Shown: one piece after another, positions 1 to 11,809 of the stretch | Position numbering within the stretch: the stretch's first letter is position 1 | Layout: each line of letters begins with the position of its first letter | Origin: Microbacterium sp. | GTDB lineage: Bacteria > Actinomycetota > Actinomycetes > Actinomycetales > Microbacteriaceae | Assembly: GCF_011620715.1 (NCBI RefSeq) | Contig: NZ_WOYP01000084.1 | Location: 78,673-142,672, forward strand | Direction of reading: 5' to 3' | DNA: 64,000 nucleotides | The notes under the pieces: generated by a model | Seen by the model: only the letters and a program-made list of their open reading frames with translations | Databases searched by the model: none | Told to the model about the DNA's origin: nothing | Program-made: the position numbers and the translations under genes

Positions 1-894
1 GCCGAGTCCGACCTCAACGACGCGACGCTGATCGCGGCGCGCGAGGCCGGTGGATACGGACTGAAGGCCCAGTGGAGCGACGACTACCACCACGCCCTGC
101 ACGTCGCGGTCTCGGGCGAGACGACCGGCTACTACGCCGACTTCGAGCCCCTGTCGGCGCTCGTCAAGGTGGCGACCCGGGGCTTCTTCCACGATGGGAG
201 CTGGTCGAGCTTCCGCAGGCGTTCGCACGGGCATCCGATCGACCCACGCATCCCGACGTCGCGGTTGGTGACCTTCGGCCAAGACCACGACCAGATCGGC
301 AACCGCGCCGCGGGCGACCGGCTCTCGCAGTCGCTCGATGAGGGCGGGCTCGCGATCGCGGCGGTGCTCACCGTGCTCTCGCCGTTCACGCCGATGCTGT
401 TCATGGGCGAGGAGTGGGCGGCTGCGACACCCTGGCAGTTCTTCACCTCGCATCCGGAGCCCGAGCTCGGCCGCGCGACGGCCGAAGGCCGGATCGCCGA
501 GTTCGCCGCGATGGGCTGGGACCGTTCGGCGGTCCCCGATCCGCAGGACCCGGAGACGTTCGCTCGCTCGAAGCTGAACTGGGATGAGCGCGAGGCGGGC
601 GTGCACGCGCGCATGCTTGCGCTCTACCGGGCCCTGATCGCGCTGCGGCGCGGCATCCCAGATCTGACCGATCCCGCGTTCGGCTCGATTTCGGCGGAGG
701 CCGACGAGGCGGGGCGCTTGTTCCGCCTCCGTAGGGGGGCGACGCAGGTGCTGGCGAACTTCTCCACGGAGGCGAGCCGGATGCCGGTGCCCACCTCCGC
801 GGCGGTGCTGCTCGCCACGCACGGCGGGTTCACCATCGATGGCGAAGACGCCGCTCTGCCGGCCCGCTCGGCGGCAGTAATCCGCGTCGGCTGA
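1..894 (+). CDS. treZ: Malto-oligosyltrehalose trehalohydrolase (5'-truncated by window edge)
   Basis: Frame 1 is open from base 1. It contains [25 protein letters not shown]-like ([14 protein letters not shown]) and [11 protein letters not shown] motifs of GH13 TreZ. Confidence 0.93.
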   Translation, partial: AESDLNDATLIAAREAGGYGLKAQWSDDYHHALHVAVSGETTGYYADFEPLSALVKVATRGFFHDGSWSSFRRRSHGHPIDPRIPTSRLVTFGQDHDQIGNRAAGDRLSQSLDEGGLAIAAVLTVLSPFTPMLFMGEEWAAATPWQFFTSHPEPELGRATAEGRIAEFAAMGWDRSAVPDPQDPETFARSKLNWDEREAGVHARMLALYRALIALRRGIPDLTDPAFGSISAEADEAGRLFRLRRGATQVLANFSTEASRMPVPTSAAVLLATHGGFTIDGEDAALPARSAAVIRVG

Positions 895-908
895 CGCGAG
901 AGCAGGTT

Positions 909-2081
909 CTACTGCGCGTCGTCGACGACGTTCAGCCGGTAGCCCCGCTTGACGACCGTCTTGATCAGATCGGGTGCGCCGATCGTCTCGCGAACCCGCG
1001 CCACCGCGACCTCGACCGCATGCGTGTTGGCCACCGAGCGGGGAAGTGCGCCCTGCAGCTCCTCGCGCGAGAGCGTTCCGCCGTTCGCGTCGGCGAGAGC
1101 GCCGAGGATGTCCAGACCCACCCGCGAGAGCGGGATGTGCCGCCCATCCAGCACGATCCCGGCGCTGCGCAGCTCGAGGCGTCCAGAGGTCGTATCGATG
1201 CCGGGTGCTTGGCCGCCGCCGAAATGCGTCACCACCGCCCGCACGAGCGATCCCAGGCGTCCCCGGTCGGGGATGAGCGGTTCGAAGCCGGCCGCGCGCA
1301 GCGGGCCGGCCGTGATCGGTCCGACTGCCGCCATCAGCAGACGCCCGGCATCGGCATGGGCGCGCATCGCCGGAAGCACCTGCAGGATCTCGGCCGACCC
1401 CAGCCACTCCTGGGCGCCCGGCGCCGACGTGAACAGGATCGCGTCGTATTCGCCGGCGGATGCCGCGACCACGGATCTGCGGACGACCGCGATATCAGGC
1501 GGCGGGCCCCAGCGGTAGATCGTGAGGCTGACGACATCGGCGCCGGCCGCCTCGAAGGCTTCGTCGAGACCGTCTGCCCCTGAGCCGTGGTGCTGCACGG
1601 CGACACGCCTGCCCTTGACCCCTTCGGCGATCAGGAACTTCTCGAGCTCCGCGGCCGTCTCGGATTCGGCCACCCAGTCGGCGGCCAGACCGGCCTGCTG
1701 GATCGCGCCCCGTGCCTTCGGCCCGCGGGCGACGATCTGCGCCGGGCGGATGGCATCGAGGAAGTCCTCGAGCAGTCCCGCCTCGTCGACAGCCTCGATC
1801 CACCCGCGGAATCCGACCCCGGTGGTGACGACCACGACGTCCGGGGGCTCGGCGATCAGCGTCCGTGAGCGCGCGATGAGCTCCTCGTCGTCAATGTGCG
1901 GCACGATGGTCAGGGCGGGGGCAAGTCGCACCGCCGCGCCATGGCGTTCCAGTGCCGCAGTCAGTTCGCCGGAGCGGCGGTCGACGGGCAGAAGAATCGT
2001 GCAACCCGCCAAGGCGGCCGAGATCACGGGTGCGGACGGTTCTGCACCCGTTTCGGGACCGGTGGACCTGGCGATGCTCAC
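909..2081 (-). CDS. nnaR: NnaR-type nitrate/nitrite assimilation regulator (HemD-like N-terminal domain plus OmpR-type winged helix)
   Basis: The N-terminal part resembles uroporphyrinogen-III synthase (VVTTGVGFRGW, ARGPKA). The C-terminus (LSREEL...HAVEVAVARVRETIGAPDLIKTVVKRGYRL) is a Trans_reg_C-type wHTH. It is the last gene of the nir cluster. Confidence 0.8.
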   Translation of the reverse strand: MSIARSTGPETGAEPSAPVISAALAGCTILLPVDRRSGELTAALERHGAAVRLAPALTIVPHIDDEELIARSRTLIAEPPDVVVVTTGVGFRGWIEAVDEAGLLEDFLDAIRPAQIVARGPKARGAIQQAGLAADWVAESETAAELEKFLIAEGVKGRRVAVQHHGSGADGLDEAFEAAGADVVSLTIYRWGPPPDIAVVRRSVVAASAGEYDAILFTSAPGAQEWLGSAEILQVLPAMRAHADAGRLLMAAVGPITAGPLRAAGFEPLIPDRGRLGSLVRAVVTHFGGGQAPGIDTTSGRLELRSAGIVLDGRHIPLSRVGLDILGALADANGGTLSREELQGALPRSVANTHAVEVAVARVRETIGAPDLIKTVVKRGYRLNVVDDAQ

Positions 2082-3316
2082 AGAGTAGTGCGCCCCGCCG
2101 CATCTCGGGCGAGCGCGGGCAGCAGAAGGTCTGCGGCGGCGACACGGCCGAACACCATGACGGCGGGGTTGCGCACTCCGGCGGCCGATGCCGCAGCCAC
2201 AACGGTGGCCAGCGTCGCGTGCGTCGTGCGCTGCGCGTCGGTGTGGCCGCTCTCGATGATCGCGACCGGCAGGTCGGGGCCGGCTCCCGCTTCGGCGGCT
2301 GCGGCGGCGAAGCCGGCCAGCGCGCTGACGCCCATGAGCACGACGGTCGTCGTCTGTGGGTCACGCAGTGCCGCCAGGGTGGCCGGGGTGGGGGCATCCT
2401 GCCCGTTGACGACGTGCAGGGCCGCGGCGGTGCCGCGGTGGGTGACGGGGATGCCGGCCGCCTGCGGCACCGAGACGATGCTGGAAAGGCCCGGCACGAC
2501 GTCCACGGGCACGCCCGCGGCCAGGCACGCGGCGACTTCTTCGCCGCCGCGCCCGTAGACGAACGGGTCGCCGCCCTTGAGCCGCACGACGCGAAGGCCG
2601 CGGCGGGCGCGATCGATCAGGATCTCGTTGATCGCGTGCTGGGGAACCGGATGATGCTGGGGACGCTTGCCGACGTCGATGATCTCGACATCGGGCGACA
2701 GCTCGTCGACAATGCCGGTCGCGCCCAACCGGTCGATGACCACGACGTCTGCTTCGGCGAGCAGGCGGCGCCCGCGCACCGTGATCAGATCCACCGGGCC
2801 CGGCCCGCCCCCGACCAGGTGCACGTGGCCGACGGTCGTCGGCCGCCGCCGCCGCAGCGGCAGGCTGCCTTCGCGGAGCTTCTCGGCGATCGCTTCGCGC
2901 AACTGCAGCGTGCGGCCGGGATCGACCCCCGAATCCGAGACGACACCCACGATGCTGTCGCCCGAGCGGGTCTCGGCCGCGAGACGCGCCGACCCATGAC
3001 TGCCGTCGCCGGCGTTCACGCAGAGGACACGGCGGGCCTCGCAGACAGCTGCGACGTCGGCGTCCACGCGGGCATCGCCGGTCGCGGTGTGGACGAGCCA
3101 GGCGTCGTCCATGTCGCCAGGCACCACGACGCGATCCCGCCACTCCAGGGCATGCTCCCGCACCAGCAAAGAGGTGGCTTCGCCCAGTTCAGGTGCCACG
3201 ACGCGGATCACGGCGCCATCGAGCAGGAATCGGCGGATGCGGCGGGCCGCCACCTCGCCGCCTCCCACCATGACGACCTGACGTCCGCTGAGGGAGATTC
3301 CGATCATGGTGGTCAT
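2078..3316 (-). CDS. cobA: Siroheme synthase (precorrin-2 dehydrogenase domain plus uroporphyrinogen-III C-methyltransferase)
   Basis: N-terminal VGGGEVAARR Rossmann motif, then LVGGGPGPVDLITVRG and RLKGGDPFVYGRGGEE. ATG at 3316 overlaps the nirD stop (TGATG). Confidence 0.9.
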   Translation of the reverse strand: MTTMIGISLSGRQVVMVGGGEVAARRIRRFLLDGAVIRVVAPELGEATSLLVREHALEWRDRVVVPGDMDDAWLVHTATGDARVDADVAAVCEARRVLCVNAGDGSHGSARLAAETRSGDSIVGVVSDSGVDPGRTLQLREAIAEKLREGSLPLRRRRPTTVGHVHLVGGGPGPVDLITVRGRRLLAEADVVVIDRLGATGIVDELSPDVEIIDVGKRPQHHPVPQHAINEILIDRARRGLRVVRLKGGDPFVYGRGGEEVAACLAAGVPVDVVPGLSSIVSVPQAAGIPVTHRGTAAALHVVNGQDAPTPATLAALRDPQTTTVVLMGVSALAGFAAAAAEAGAGPDLPVAIIESGHTDAQRTTHATLATVVAAASAAGVRNPAVMVFGRVAAADLLLPALARDAAGRTTL

Positions 3317-3735
3317 CAGGTCGCCTTCCACTCGATGAACACGTCGCCGTTCGCGTCCACGGCGATCGGCCAGACCTGCAGCCCGCGTGCGTCTTCGCCC
3401 TGCGCGTCCAGGCACGAGCCGGTGCGCAGATCGAAGACCTGCTTGTACATCGGCGACGCGACGGTGGGAGCGTCGCCCTTCGTGCCGACGATGCCCCGCG
3501 ACATGACATGGGCGCCGCTGTACGGGTCGAGCTGCTGGACGGCGTGGATGCGATCGTCGTGCGTGCGGAACAGCGCGACCTGCTCATGGTCGATCAGCGC
3601 CGCGAGCCCACGCTCGCGCTCGAGGTCGGTCATTGCGCACAGCCGAACCCAGAGGGTCAGCGGGCGGCGGAGGGGATCGGTCGGCGATTGCCGGGGGCGC
3701 GCTGCGGTCGCGGTGAGATTCTGCAGGGCGGTCAT
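3316..3735 (-). CDS. nirD: Nitrite reductase (NADH) small subunit
   Basis: QVALFR, DPYSGAHVMSRGIVG and VASPMYKQVFDLRTG motifs. ATGA overlap with the nirB stop. Confidence 0.92.
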   Translation of the reverse strand: MTALQNLTATAARPRQSPTDPLRRPLTLWVRLCAMTDLERERGLAALIDHEQVALFRTHDDRIHAVQQLDPYSGAHVMSRGIVGTKGDAPTVASPMYKQVFDLRTGSCLDAQGEDARGLQVWPIAVDANGDVFIEWKAT

Positions 3736-6344
3736 CGCCGCACCGCCAGAGTCGTTCCGGCGATCAGCACCCGCGGGTTCTCGCGCTCCTGTGCTGTGGC
3801 CGGGCGAGCCTGGCCGCGTTCGGACGTGTAGGCCAGAGACGGGTCGGCTGTGGTGGGCGCGTTCACGAACGAGGCGAAGCGGCGCAGCTTCTCGGGGTCT
3901 GCCAGAGTCGCCTTCCACTCGTCCTCATAGGCGTCGACGTGCTGCGCCATGGCCGCGTCGAGGTCTTCGACGATGCCCAGGCTGTCGTCGAAGACGACGG
4001 CGCGCAGCGCCTCGACACCACCTCCCATGTCCTCGAGCCACGGCGCGGTCCGCTGCAGGCGGTCGGCGGTGCGGATGTAGTACATCAGGACCCGGTCGAT
4101 CGCCTGCAGCAGCCCGGCGTCATCGAGGCCCTCAGCGAAGAGCACCGCGTGCCGGGGCGTGAAGCCGCCGTTGCCCCCGACGTACATGTTCCAGCCGGCC
4201 TCGGTGGCGATGACCCCGACGTCTTTGCCTCGTGCTTCGGCGCACTCGCGGGCGCAGCCGGAGACGCCGAGCTTGATCTTGTGGGGCGAGCGCAGGCCGC
4301 GGTAGCGCAGCTCGAGCTGCACGGCCATGCCGACCGAATCCTGCACGCCATACCGGCACCACGTCGAGCCGACGCACGACTTCACCGTGCGCAGCGATTT
4401 GCCGTACGCGTGCCCCGACTCGAACCCGGCGTCGACGAGGCGCTTCCAGATCTCGGGCAGCTGCTCGAGCCGCGCACCGAACATGTCGATGCGCTGCCCG
4501 CCGGTGATCTTCGTGTAGAGGCCGAAGTCCTTGGCGACCTGTCCGATCACCAGGAGCCCCTCCGGGGTGATCTCGCCTCCGGCGATCCGCGGGACGACCG
4601 AATAGCTGCCGTCCTTCTGGATGTTCGCCATCACGTGGTCGTTCGTGTCCTGCAGGGTCGCGTTCTCGCCGTCGAGCACGTGGCCGTGACCGAGCGAGGA
4701 GAGGATGCTGGCGAGCACCGGCTTGCAGATGTCGCAGCCGCGACCGGTGCCGAAACGGTCGATGATCGCGCTGAACGTGCCGAGACCCGAGACTCGCACG
4801 GCATCGAACAGCTGGGCGCGGGAGTGGGTGAAGTGCTCGCACAGCGCGGTGCTGAGGGTCGCTCCGCTGCGGGCAAGCTCGGTTCCGACGAGCTTCTTGA
4901 CGAGCGGGAGGCACGAGCCGCACGCGGCGCCGGCGCGGGTGCACGCCTTCACTCCTGCGACGTCCGTGCAGCCTTCGTCGGTCACCGCGCAGCGGATCGT
5001 TCCGGCCGTGACGCTGTTGCACGAGCAGACCAGCGCCTCGTCGGGCAGCTCGGCGTTCGCCAGGGCGTCGCCGGTGACCTCAGGCATGAGGTAGGCGGCC
5101 GGGTCGGCGCCGAGGGGTCCCCCGAGCAGCGGGCGCAGCATCCCGTAGGCGCTCGCATCGCCGACCAGGATGCCGCCGAGCAGGGTCTTCGCATCATCAG
5201 AGAGCACGAGCTTCTTGTAGACGCCCGCCACCGGGTCGGCGTAGACCACGTCGAGGGCACCCGGGGTCTGCGCGAACGCGTCGCCGAAGCTGGCGACGTC
5301 CACGCCGTTGAGCTTGAGTTTGGTGGAGTCGTCGTAACCGGGAAAGGTCGCCTCGGATCCGAGCAGCCGTGTGGCGGCGACTTCGGCCATGGCGTAACCC
5401 GGTGCGACCAGGCCCACGGCACGCCCGTCGAAGTTGGCGACTTCGCCGATCGCGAGGATGCGTGGGTCGGAGGTCGTGCAGCCGGCATCGATGATGACGC
5501 CCCCGCGGGGGTGCACGTCCACCCCGGCGGCACGCGCGAGCTGGTCTCGGGGCCGCACGCCGACTGTGAAGACCACGACGTCGGTGTCGGCGTAGTCGCC
5601 CTCCCGGAACTCGAGTCCGCGCACATTGCCGCGCACATCGGGGTCGAGCCTGGTGGTCACGCTGCCGGTGCGCACCGCGATGCCGCGCGACTCGATCAGC
5701 CGCCGCAGCGAGTCCGCACCGCGGGTGTCGAGCTGCGCCGACATCAGCTTGTCGGAGGACTGCACCACGGTGCACCGGACATCCAAGCCCTGCAGGGCGC
5801 CGGCGGCCTCGAGACCGAGCAGCCCGCCGCCGATCACGGTGCCTCGGAGCGGGCGACCCAGTTCGACGGAACGCCGGTCGACGAACGTGCGCAGGGCCTC
5901 GACATCGTCGAGGGTGCGATACACGAAGCAGCCGGTGAGGTCGAAGCCGTCGACGGTGAGTTTGGCCGCGTACGAGCCGGTCGCCAGCACCAGCGTGTCG
6001 TACGCCGTGCTGACGCCGCTCTCGGTGGTGACCCGTCGCGCCTCCCTGTCGATGCGGGCGACCGCGTCGCCGCGGATGAACCGCACCCGGTCATCTTCAT
6101 CGAGGATCGAGCGCTGCAGGGCCAGGTCGTCGGCACTCGCTCCGGCGAAGTAGGAGGTGAGGCTGACGCGGTCGTAAGGATGCCGATCCTCCTCACCGAT
6201 CACGGTGACCCGCCACCGGCCCTCGGGGTCGCGACTGCGCAGGCTCTCGACGAAGCGGTGAGCGACCATACCGGCGCCGACGACGACGACGTGGGCATCG
6301 GACACGGATGCCGCGGCATCCGTTCTCTTCGAGGTGCGAGGCAC
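3732..6344 (-). CDS. nirB: Nitrite reductase (NADH) large subunit
   Basis: VVGAGMVAHRF FAD motif, BFD-like CSCN...CGSC and CEH...GCDICKP, plus TVKSCVGSTWCRYG and GVSGCARECAE siroheme/4Fe-4S motifs. GTG start follows ACAGGAG. Confidence 0.95.
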   Translation of the reverse strand: MPRTSKRTDAAASVSDAHVVVVGAGMVAHRFVESLRSRDPEGRWRVTVIGEEDRHPYDRVSLTSYFAGASADDLALQRSILDEDDRVRFIRGDAVARIDREARRVTTESGVSTAYDTLVLATGSYAAKLTVDGFDLTGCFVYRTLDDVEALRTFVDRRSVELGRPLRGTVIGGGLLGLEAAGALQGLDVRCTVVQSSDKLMSAQLDTRGADSLRRLIESRGIAVRTGSVTTRLDPDVRGNVRGLEFREGDYADTDVVVFTVGVRPRDQLARAAGVDVHPRGGVIIDAGCTTSDPRILAIGEVANFDGRAVGLVAPGYAMAEVAATRLLGSEATFPGYDDSTKLKLNGVDVASFGDAFAQTPGALDVVYADPVAGVYKKLVLSDDAKTLLGGILVGDASAYGMLRPLLGGPLGADPAAYLMPEVTGDALANAELPDEALVCSCNSVTAGTIRCAVTDEGCTDVAGVKACTRAGAACGSCLPLVKKLVGTELARSGATLSTALCEHFTHSRAQLFDAVRVSGLGTFSAIIDRFGTGRGCDICKPVLASILSSLGHGHVLDGENATLQDTNDHVMANIQKDGSYSVVPRIAGGEITPEGLLVIGQVAKDFGLYTKITGGQRIDMFGARLEQLPEIWKRLVDAGFESGHAYGKSLRTVKSCVGSTWCRYGVQDSVGMAVQLELRYRGLRSPHKIKLGVSGCARECAEARGKDVGVIATEAGWNMYVGGNGGFTPRHAVLFAEGLDDAGLLQAIDRVLMYYIRTADRLQRTAPWLEDMGGGVEALRAVVFDDSLGIVEDLDAAMAQHVDAYEDEWKATLADPEKLRRFASFVNAPTTADPSLAYTSERGQARPATAQERENPRVLIAGTTLAVRR
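6304..6323. repeat. 20-bp perfect palindrome ACGGATGCCGCGGCATCCGT inside the 5' end of nirB
   Basis: Read directly from the sequence. It is two copies of the iterated GGATGCC motif in inverted orientation. Confidence 0.85.
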
Positions 6345-6427
6345 GGAATCTCCTGTCGTCGCGGGCGGAGGGAGCAGGTGTTGAGGGGGGAAGCGCTGAT
6401 CGGGCGGCGGGGCGGGTACTGGTCTCG

Positions 6428-6448
6428 ACGCTACGCAGGCGACGTTTC
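6428..6448 (-). promoter_or_regulatory. Putative nirB promoter: GAAAC (GlnR-type half-site)-N10-TAGCGT (-10)
   Basis: The minus strand reads GAAAC gtcgcctgcg TAGCGT. The narK promoter has the same layout. Confidence 0.5.
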
Positions 6449-6488
6449 GCCGGCGGGGCGAGGGTCGTTTCGTCCGCGCAACGTTTCT

Positions 6489-6516
6489 CTCACGGTTCGG
6501 CCACAGCCATTGTGAG
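6489..6516 (-). promoter_or_regulatory. Putative NnaR operator upstream of nirB (CTCAC-N18-GTGAG)
   Basis: TCTCAC...GTGAGA inverted repeat with an 18-nt spacer, matching the NnaR consensus as I recall it. Confidence 0.6.
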
Positions 6517-6519
6517 ATT

Positions 6520-8069
6520 TCACGCGGACCCCACCGCATGGGCGGCGAGCATGTCGGAGATGCGCGTACGGCAACCGCCGCAGCCGGTGCCGGCCCGGGT
6601 GTCGCGACCGACGCACTCGACGGTGGCACTGCCCGCCGTGATCGACTCGTCGATCTGCGCGACGCTGACGCCGTTGCACCAGCACACCGTTGCCTCCGGG
6701 GCGATCGCCGCCGATGCGGCGTTCGGATCGAAGTCCGGACCGTCGAAGCGCAGCAGCAGTGAGCGGTCGGCCGGAAGCTCGTCACCTCGTTCGTACAGCA
6801 GGGTCAGTTCAGCCGCGGTGCGGGGCATGCCGACGCAGACGAACCCGCTGAGGACGCCGTCTGCCGAGACCATCTTCACGTAGCGCCCGTGCTCGGGGTC
6901 GGCCCACTGGGCGACCTGGCGGCCGTGCGGCTCCTCGTCCCACGGATCGGCTGACACGTCGCCCGCGGCGACGACCTCGACGTGTTCCGCCTTGAGCATC
7001 ACGAGCGGTTCGCGCTCCGCGGGAAGCGCCGCGCCGCCGGAGCATTCGAATCCGTCGAGGAAGCGCGCAGCGAGCCAGTCCGCCTGCCGCCAGCCCGGTC
7101 CGATGAGGCCGCTCGGAGCTCCCGCCGGGTGTCCGCCCGCAGGGAACATTGCGGGATCGGCGACGTGTGCGCAGTCGCCGATGGCGAACACCTGGGGATC
7201 GGTCCAGCTGCGCAGGCCCGTGTCGACGACGACGCCGAAGGACGCGTGCAGCCCCGCCGCAGCGGCCAGCTCGGCCCGCGGTGAGACGCCGCAGGAGAGC
7301 ACGAGGAGATCCCCGGCGATGTCCTTGCCGTCGGCGGTGACGAGCCGGTCGAAGTACTGATGGCCGTGCTCGTCCGTGTGGAACAGGACGGTCTCGGCCC
7401 GGCTGTGGGCGAAGACGGTGACTCCAGTTCTGCGGATCGCGCGACGCAGCACCGACCCCGCGCCGCGGTCGAGATTGCGCGGCATCGGGTGCGGTCCGTG
7501 GTGGACGACGGCGACCCGCGCACCGGCGTGTGCGGCGGCGAGCGCGAATTCGAGCCCCAGCACACCGGCGCCGAGCACCACGATCCGCTGGCCCGTGACG
7601 ATGGCATCCCGGATGCGTGCGCCGTCGTCGAGATCGCGCAGCGCGGTCACGCCGCGCGGCAGCAGGTCATCGGCGCCGCCGACACGGTGGCTTGAGCGGG
7701 GAACGCCGGCGAGCGTCGGGATGTTCGCGCGGGATCCGGTGGCGAGCACGACCCGGTCGTACCCGATCCGCCGGCCGTCGCTCAGCACGGCGGCGCGCGC
7801 CGTTCTGTCGATCTCCGTGACCGCGACTCCGGTGATGACGCACCCTCCCGCGGACTCGACGGCAGCACGATCGGCGATCGTGAGCGCGTCGCGAGACATC
7901 CTGCCGACGGCGTACTCGGCGACGAGCACGCGGTTGTAGGCATCGCTCTGCTCGGCGCCGACCACGCTGAGGGCGATGTCGCCAGACCGGACAGCGGGCA
8001 GGAGGTTCTCGGCGAATCGGGCGCCGACCGGTCCGTACCCGATCACCAGAACCCGCAGCGGCGGAGTGC

Positions 8070-8073
<4 letters not shown>
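6520..8073 (-). CDS. FAD/NAD(P)-dependent oxidoreductase with C-terminal BFD-like 2Fe-2S domain (electron-transfer subunit of assimilatory nitrate reductase)
   Basis: IGYGPVG, LATGS, VLGAGVLGLE and FAIGDCA motifs, with C-terminal CWCNGV...GTGCGGC. Lies between the nitrate reductase and nirB. Confidence 0.88.
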
Positions 8074-10199
<2,126 letters not shown>

Positions 10200-10204
10200 C
10201 GGCG

Positions 10205-11629
10205 TCAGATCCGGAATCCGTCGCTGCGGGTGCGGCCGTACACCAGTGCGGTGAGGACCAGCAGTGCGACATACGCGAGGACGAAGACGAAGAAGGCACC
10301 TGTGTAGCTGCCCGTGCCGAGCTTCGACAGGTTCAGCGCCTGGGGGATCAGGAACCCGCCGTACGCGCCGATCGCCGAGATGAGTCCGAGCGCGGCGGCG
10401 GCCTTGCGCTTGGACGATACGTCGCCGCCGGTGGCGGCATCGCCGTCGCCGCGCAGAGCGAAGACGACCGGGACCATCCGGTACGTCGAGCCGTTGCCTG
10501 CGCCCGCGGCGGCGAACAGCAGCAGGAAGCAGCCGAGGAAGAGCCAGAACTGGCCGGTCGGGATGACGAGCATGACCGCGAGGGTCATCATCGCCATCGC
10601 GGCGAACACCCCGATCGTGACGCGCGCGCCGCCGAAGCGATCTGCCAGGCGGCCGCCGAAGGGCCGGGCCAGCGAACCGACCAGAGCACCGAGGAAGGCG
10701 AGTGAGACGGACGCCGACCCCACTCCGATGCTCGAGAAGGAGGGAAACTGGTCGGCGATCAGTTTGGGGAAAACGCTCGCGAAGCCGATGAACGAGCCGA
10801 AAGTGCCGATGTAGAGCAGCGCCAGAACCCAGAGGTGCGGCTCTCGCAGCGCCGCCGCCGACCCGGAGAAGTCCGCCTTCGCGGCGGAGAGGTTGTTCAT
10901 GCGCAGTGCGGCGCCGATCATCGCGATCACGATCAGCGGTACCCAGATCCAGCCGGCGAGCGGCAGATTGACCGCGACACCGGCGCCGACGGTGACGACG
11001 ATCGGTACGACGAACTGGGCGACCGACGCGCCGAGATTTCCCCCGGCGGCGTTGAGCCCGAGAGCCCAGCCCTTCTCGCGCTGGGGGTAGAAGTAGGTGA
11101 TGTTCGACATCGAGCTCGCGAAGTTTCCGCCGCCGAAACCGGCGAGGGCCGCCACGAGCAGCAGCACGGGGAAGGGCGTCTCGGGGTTGCCGACGCAGAT
11201 CGCCATCGCGATCGCCGGGATCAGGAGCAGGGCGGCCGAGATGATCGTCCAATTGCGCCCGCCGAAGATCGGCACGAGGAACGAGTACGGGATGCGCAGC
11301 GTCGCTCCGACGAGGCTGGGGATCGAGATGAGCCAGAAGATCTGGCTGCTGTCGAGGGTGAAGCCGGCGGTGGGCAGGAGAACCGCGACGATGCTCCAGA
11401 GCTGCCAGATCACGAAGCCGAGGAACTCGGCGAAGACCGACCACACCAGGTTTCGCTTGGCGATCGCGCGCCCTGTCCTCTCCCACTGGTCCGGATCCTC
11501 TGGATCCCAGCCGTCGATCCAGCGCCCGCGGCGATGGACCAGTCCGGTTTCGGCGGGGGCCGGGATCGTGCCGACGGCCGCGTCGGGGGTGTGGCCGGCC
11601 GGCGGTGCCGTGAGTGTCGCTTCGGTCAT
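10205..11629 (-). CDS. narK: MFS nitrate/nitrite transporter (NNP family)
   Basis: GFGGGNFASSMSNIT nitrate signature, YIGTFGSFIGF, about 12 hydrophobic segments. AGGAG RBS precedes the ATG at 11629. Confidence 0.93.
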   Translation of the reverse strand: MTEATLTAPPAGHTPDAAVGTIPAPAETGLVHRRGRWIDGWDPEDPDQWERTGRAIAKRNLVWSVFAEFLGFVIWQLWSIVAVLLPTAGFTLDSSQIFWLISIPSLVGATLRIPYSFLVPIFGGRNWTIISAALLLIPAIAMAICVGNPETPFPVLLLVAALAGFGGGNFASSMSNITYFYPQREKGWALGLNAAGGNLGASVAQFVVPIVVTVGAGVAVNLPLAGWIWVPLIVIAMIGAALRMNNLSAAKADFSGSAAALREPHLWVLALLYIGTFGSFIGFASVFPKLIADQFPSFSSIGVGSASVSLAFLGALVGSLARPFGGRLADRFGGARVTIGVFAAMAMMTLAVMLVIPTGQFWLFLGCFLLLFAAAGAGNGSTYRMVPVVFALRGDGDAATGGDVSSKRKAAAALGLISAIGAYGGFLIPQALNLSKLGTGSYTGAFFVFVLAYVALLVLTALVYGRTRSDGFRI

Positions 11630-11675
11630 AGAGATCTCCTGGGAAGTCACATGTGAAGTGGAGCCTGTGACTCAC

Positions 11676-11696
11676 AAGCTACGGAGAGCGCGTTTC
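11676..11696 (-). promoter_or_regulatory. Putative narK promoter: GAAAC-N10-TAGCTT (-10)
   Basis: The minus strand reads GAAAC gcgctctccg TAGCTT. Confidence 0.5.
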
Positions 11697-11735
11697 CCCA
11701 CGTCGTGTCCCATGTGAACTCTGCGTCTCCTGGAG

Positions 11736-11763
11736 TTCACCCTCAGGTGATGCGCGTTGTGAG
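11736..11763 (-). promoter_or_regulatory. Putative NnaR operator upstream of narK (TTCAC-N18-GTGAG)
   Basis: Same spacing and the same position relative to a GAAAC-N10-TAGCNT element as the nirB site. Confidence 0.58.
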
Positions 11764-11809
11764 AACCCGGATCGGTTCGGGTCGTGCGTGCCTGACGGCC
11801 CCGGCGGTG

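Noticed and set aside
6345-6519. ANTAR/NasR-type dual-hairpin antiterminator in the nirB leader
   Set aside because: I could not identify paired hexaloop hairpins or a terminator, and there is no ANTAR protein in the cluster. DNA operator motifs explain the region better.
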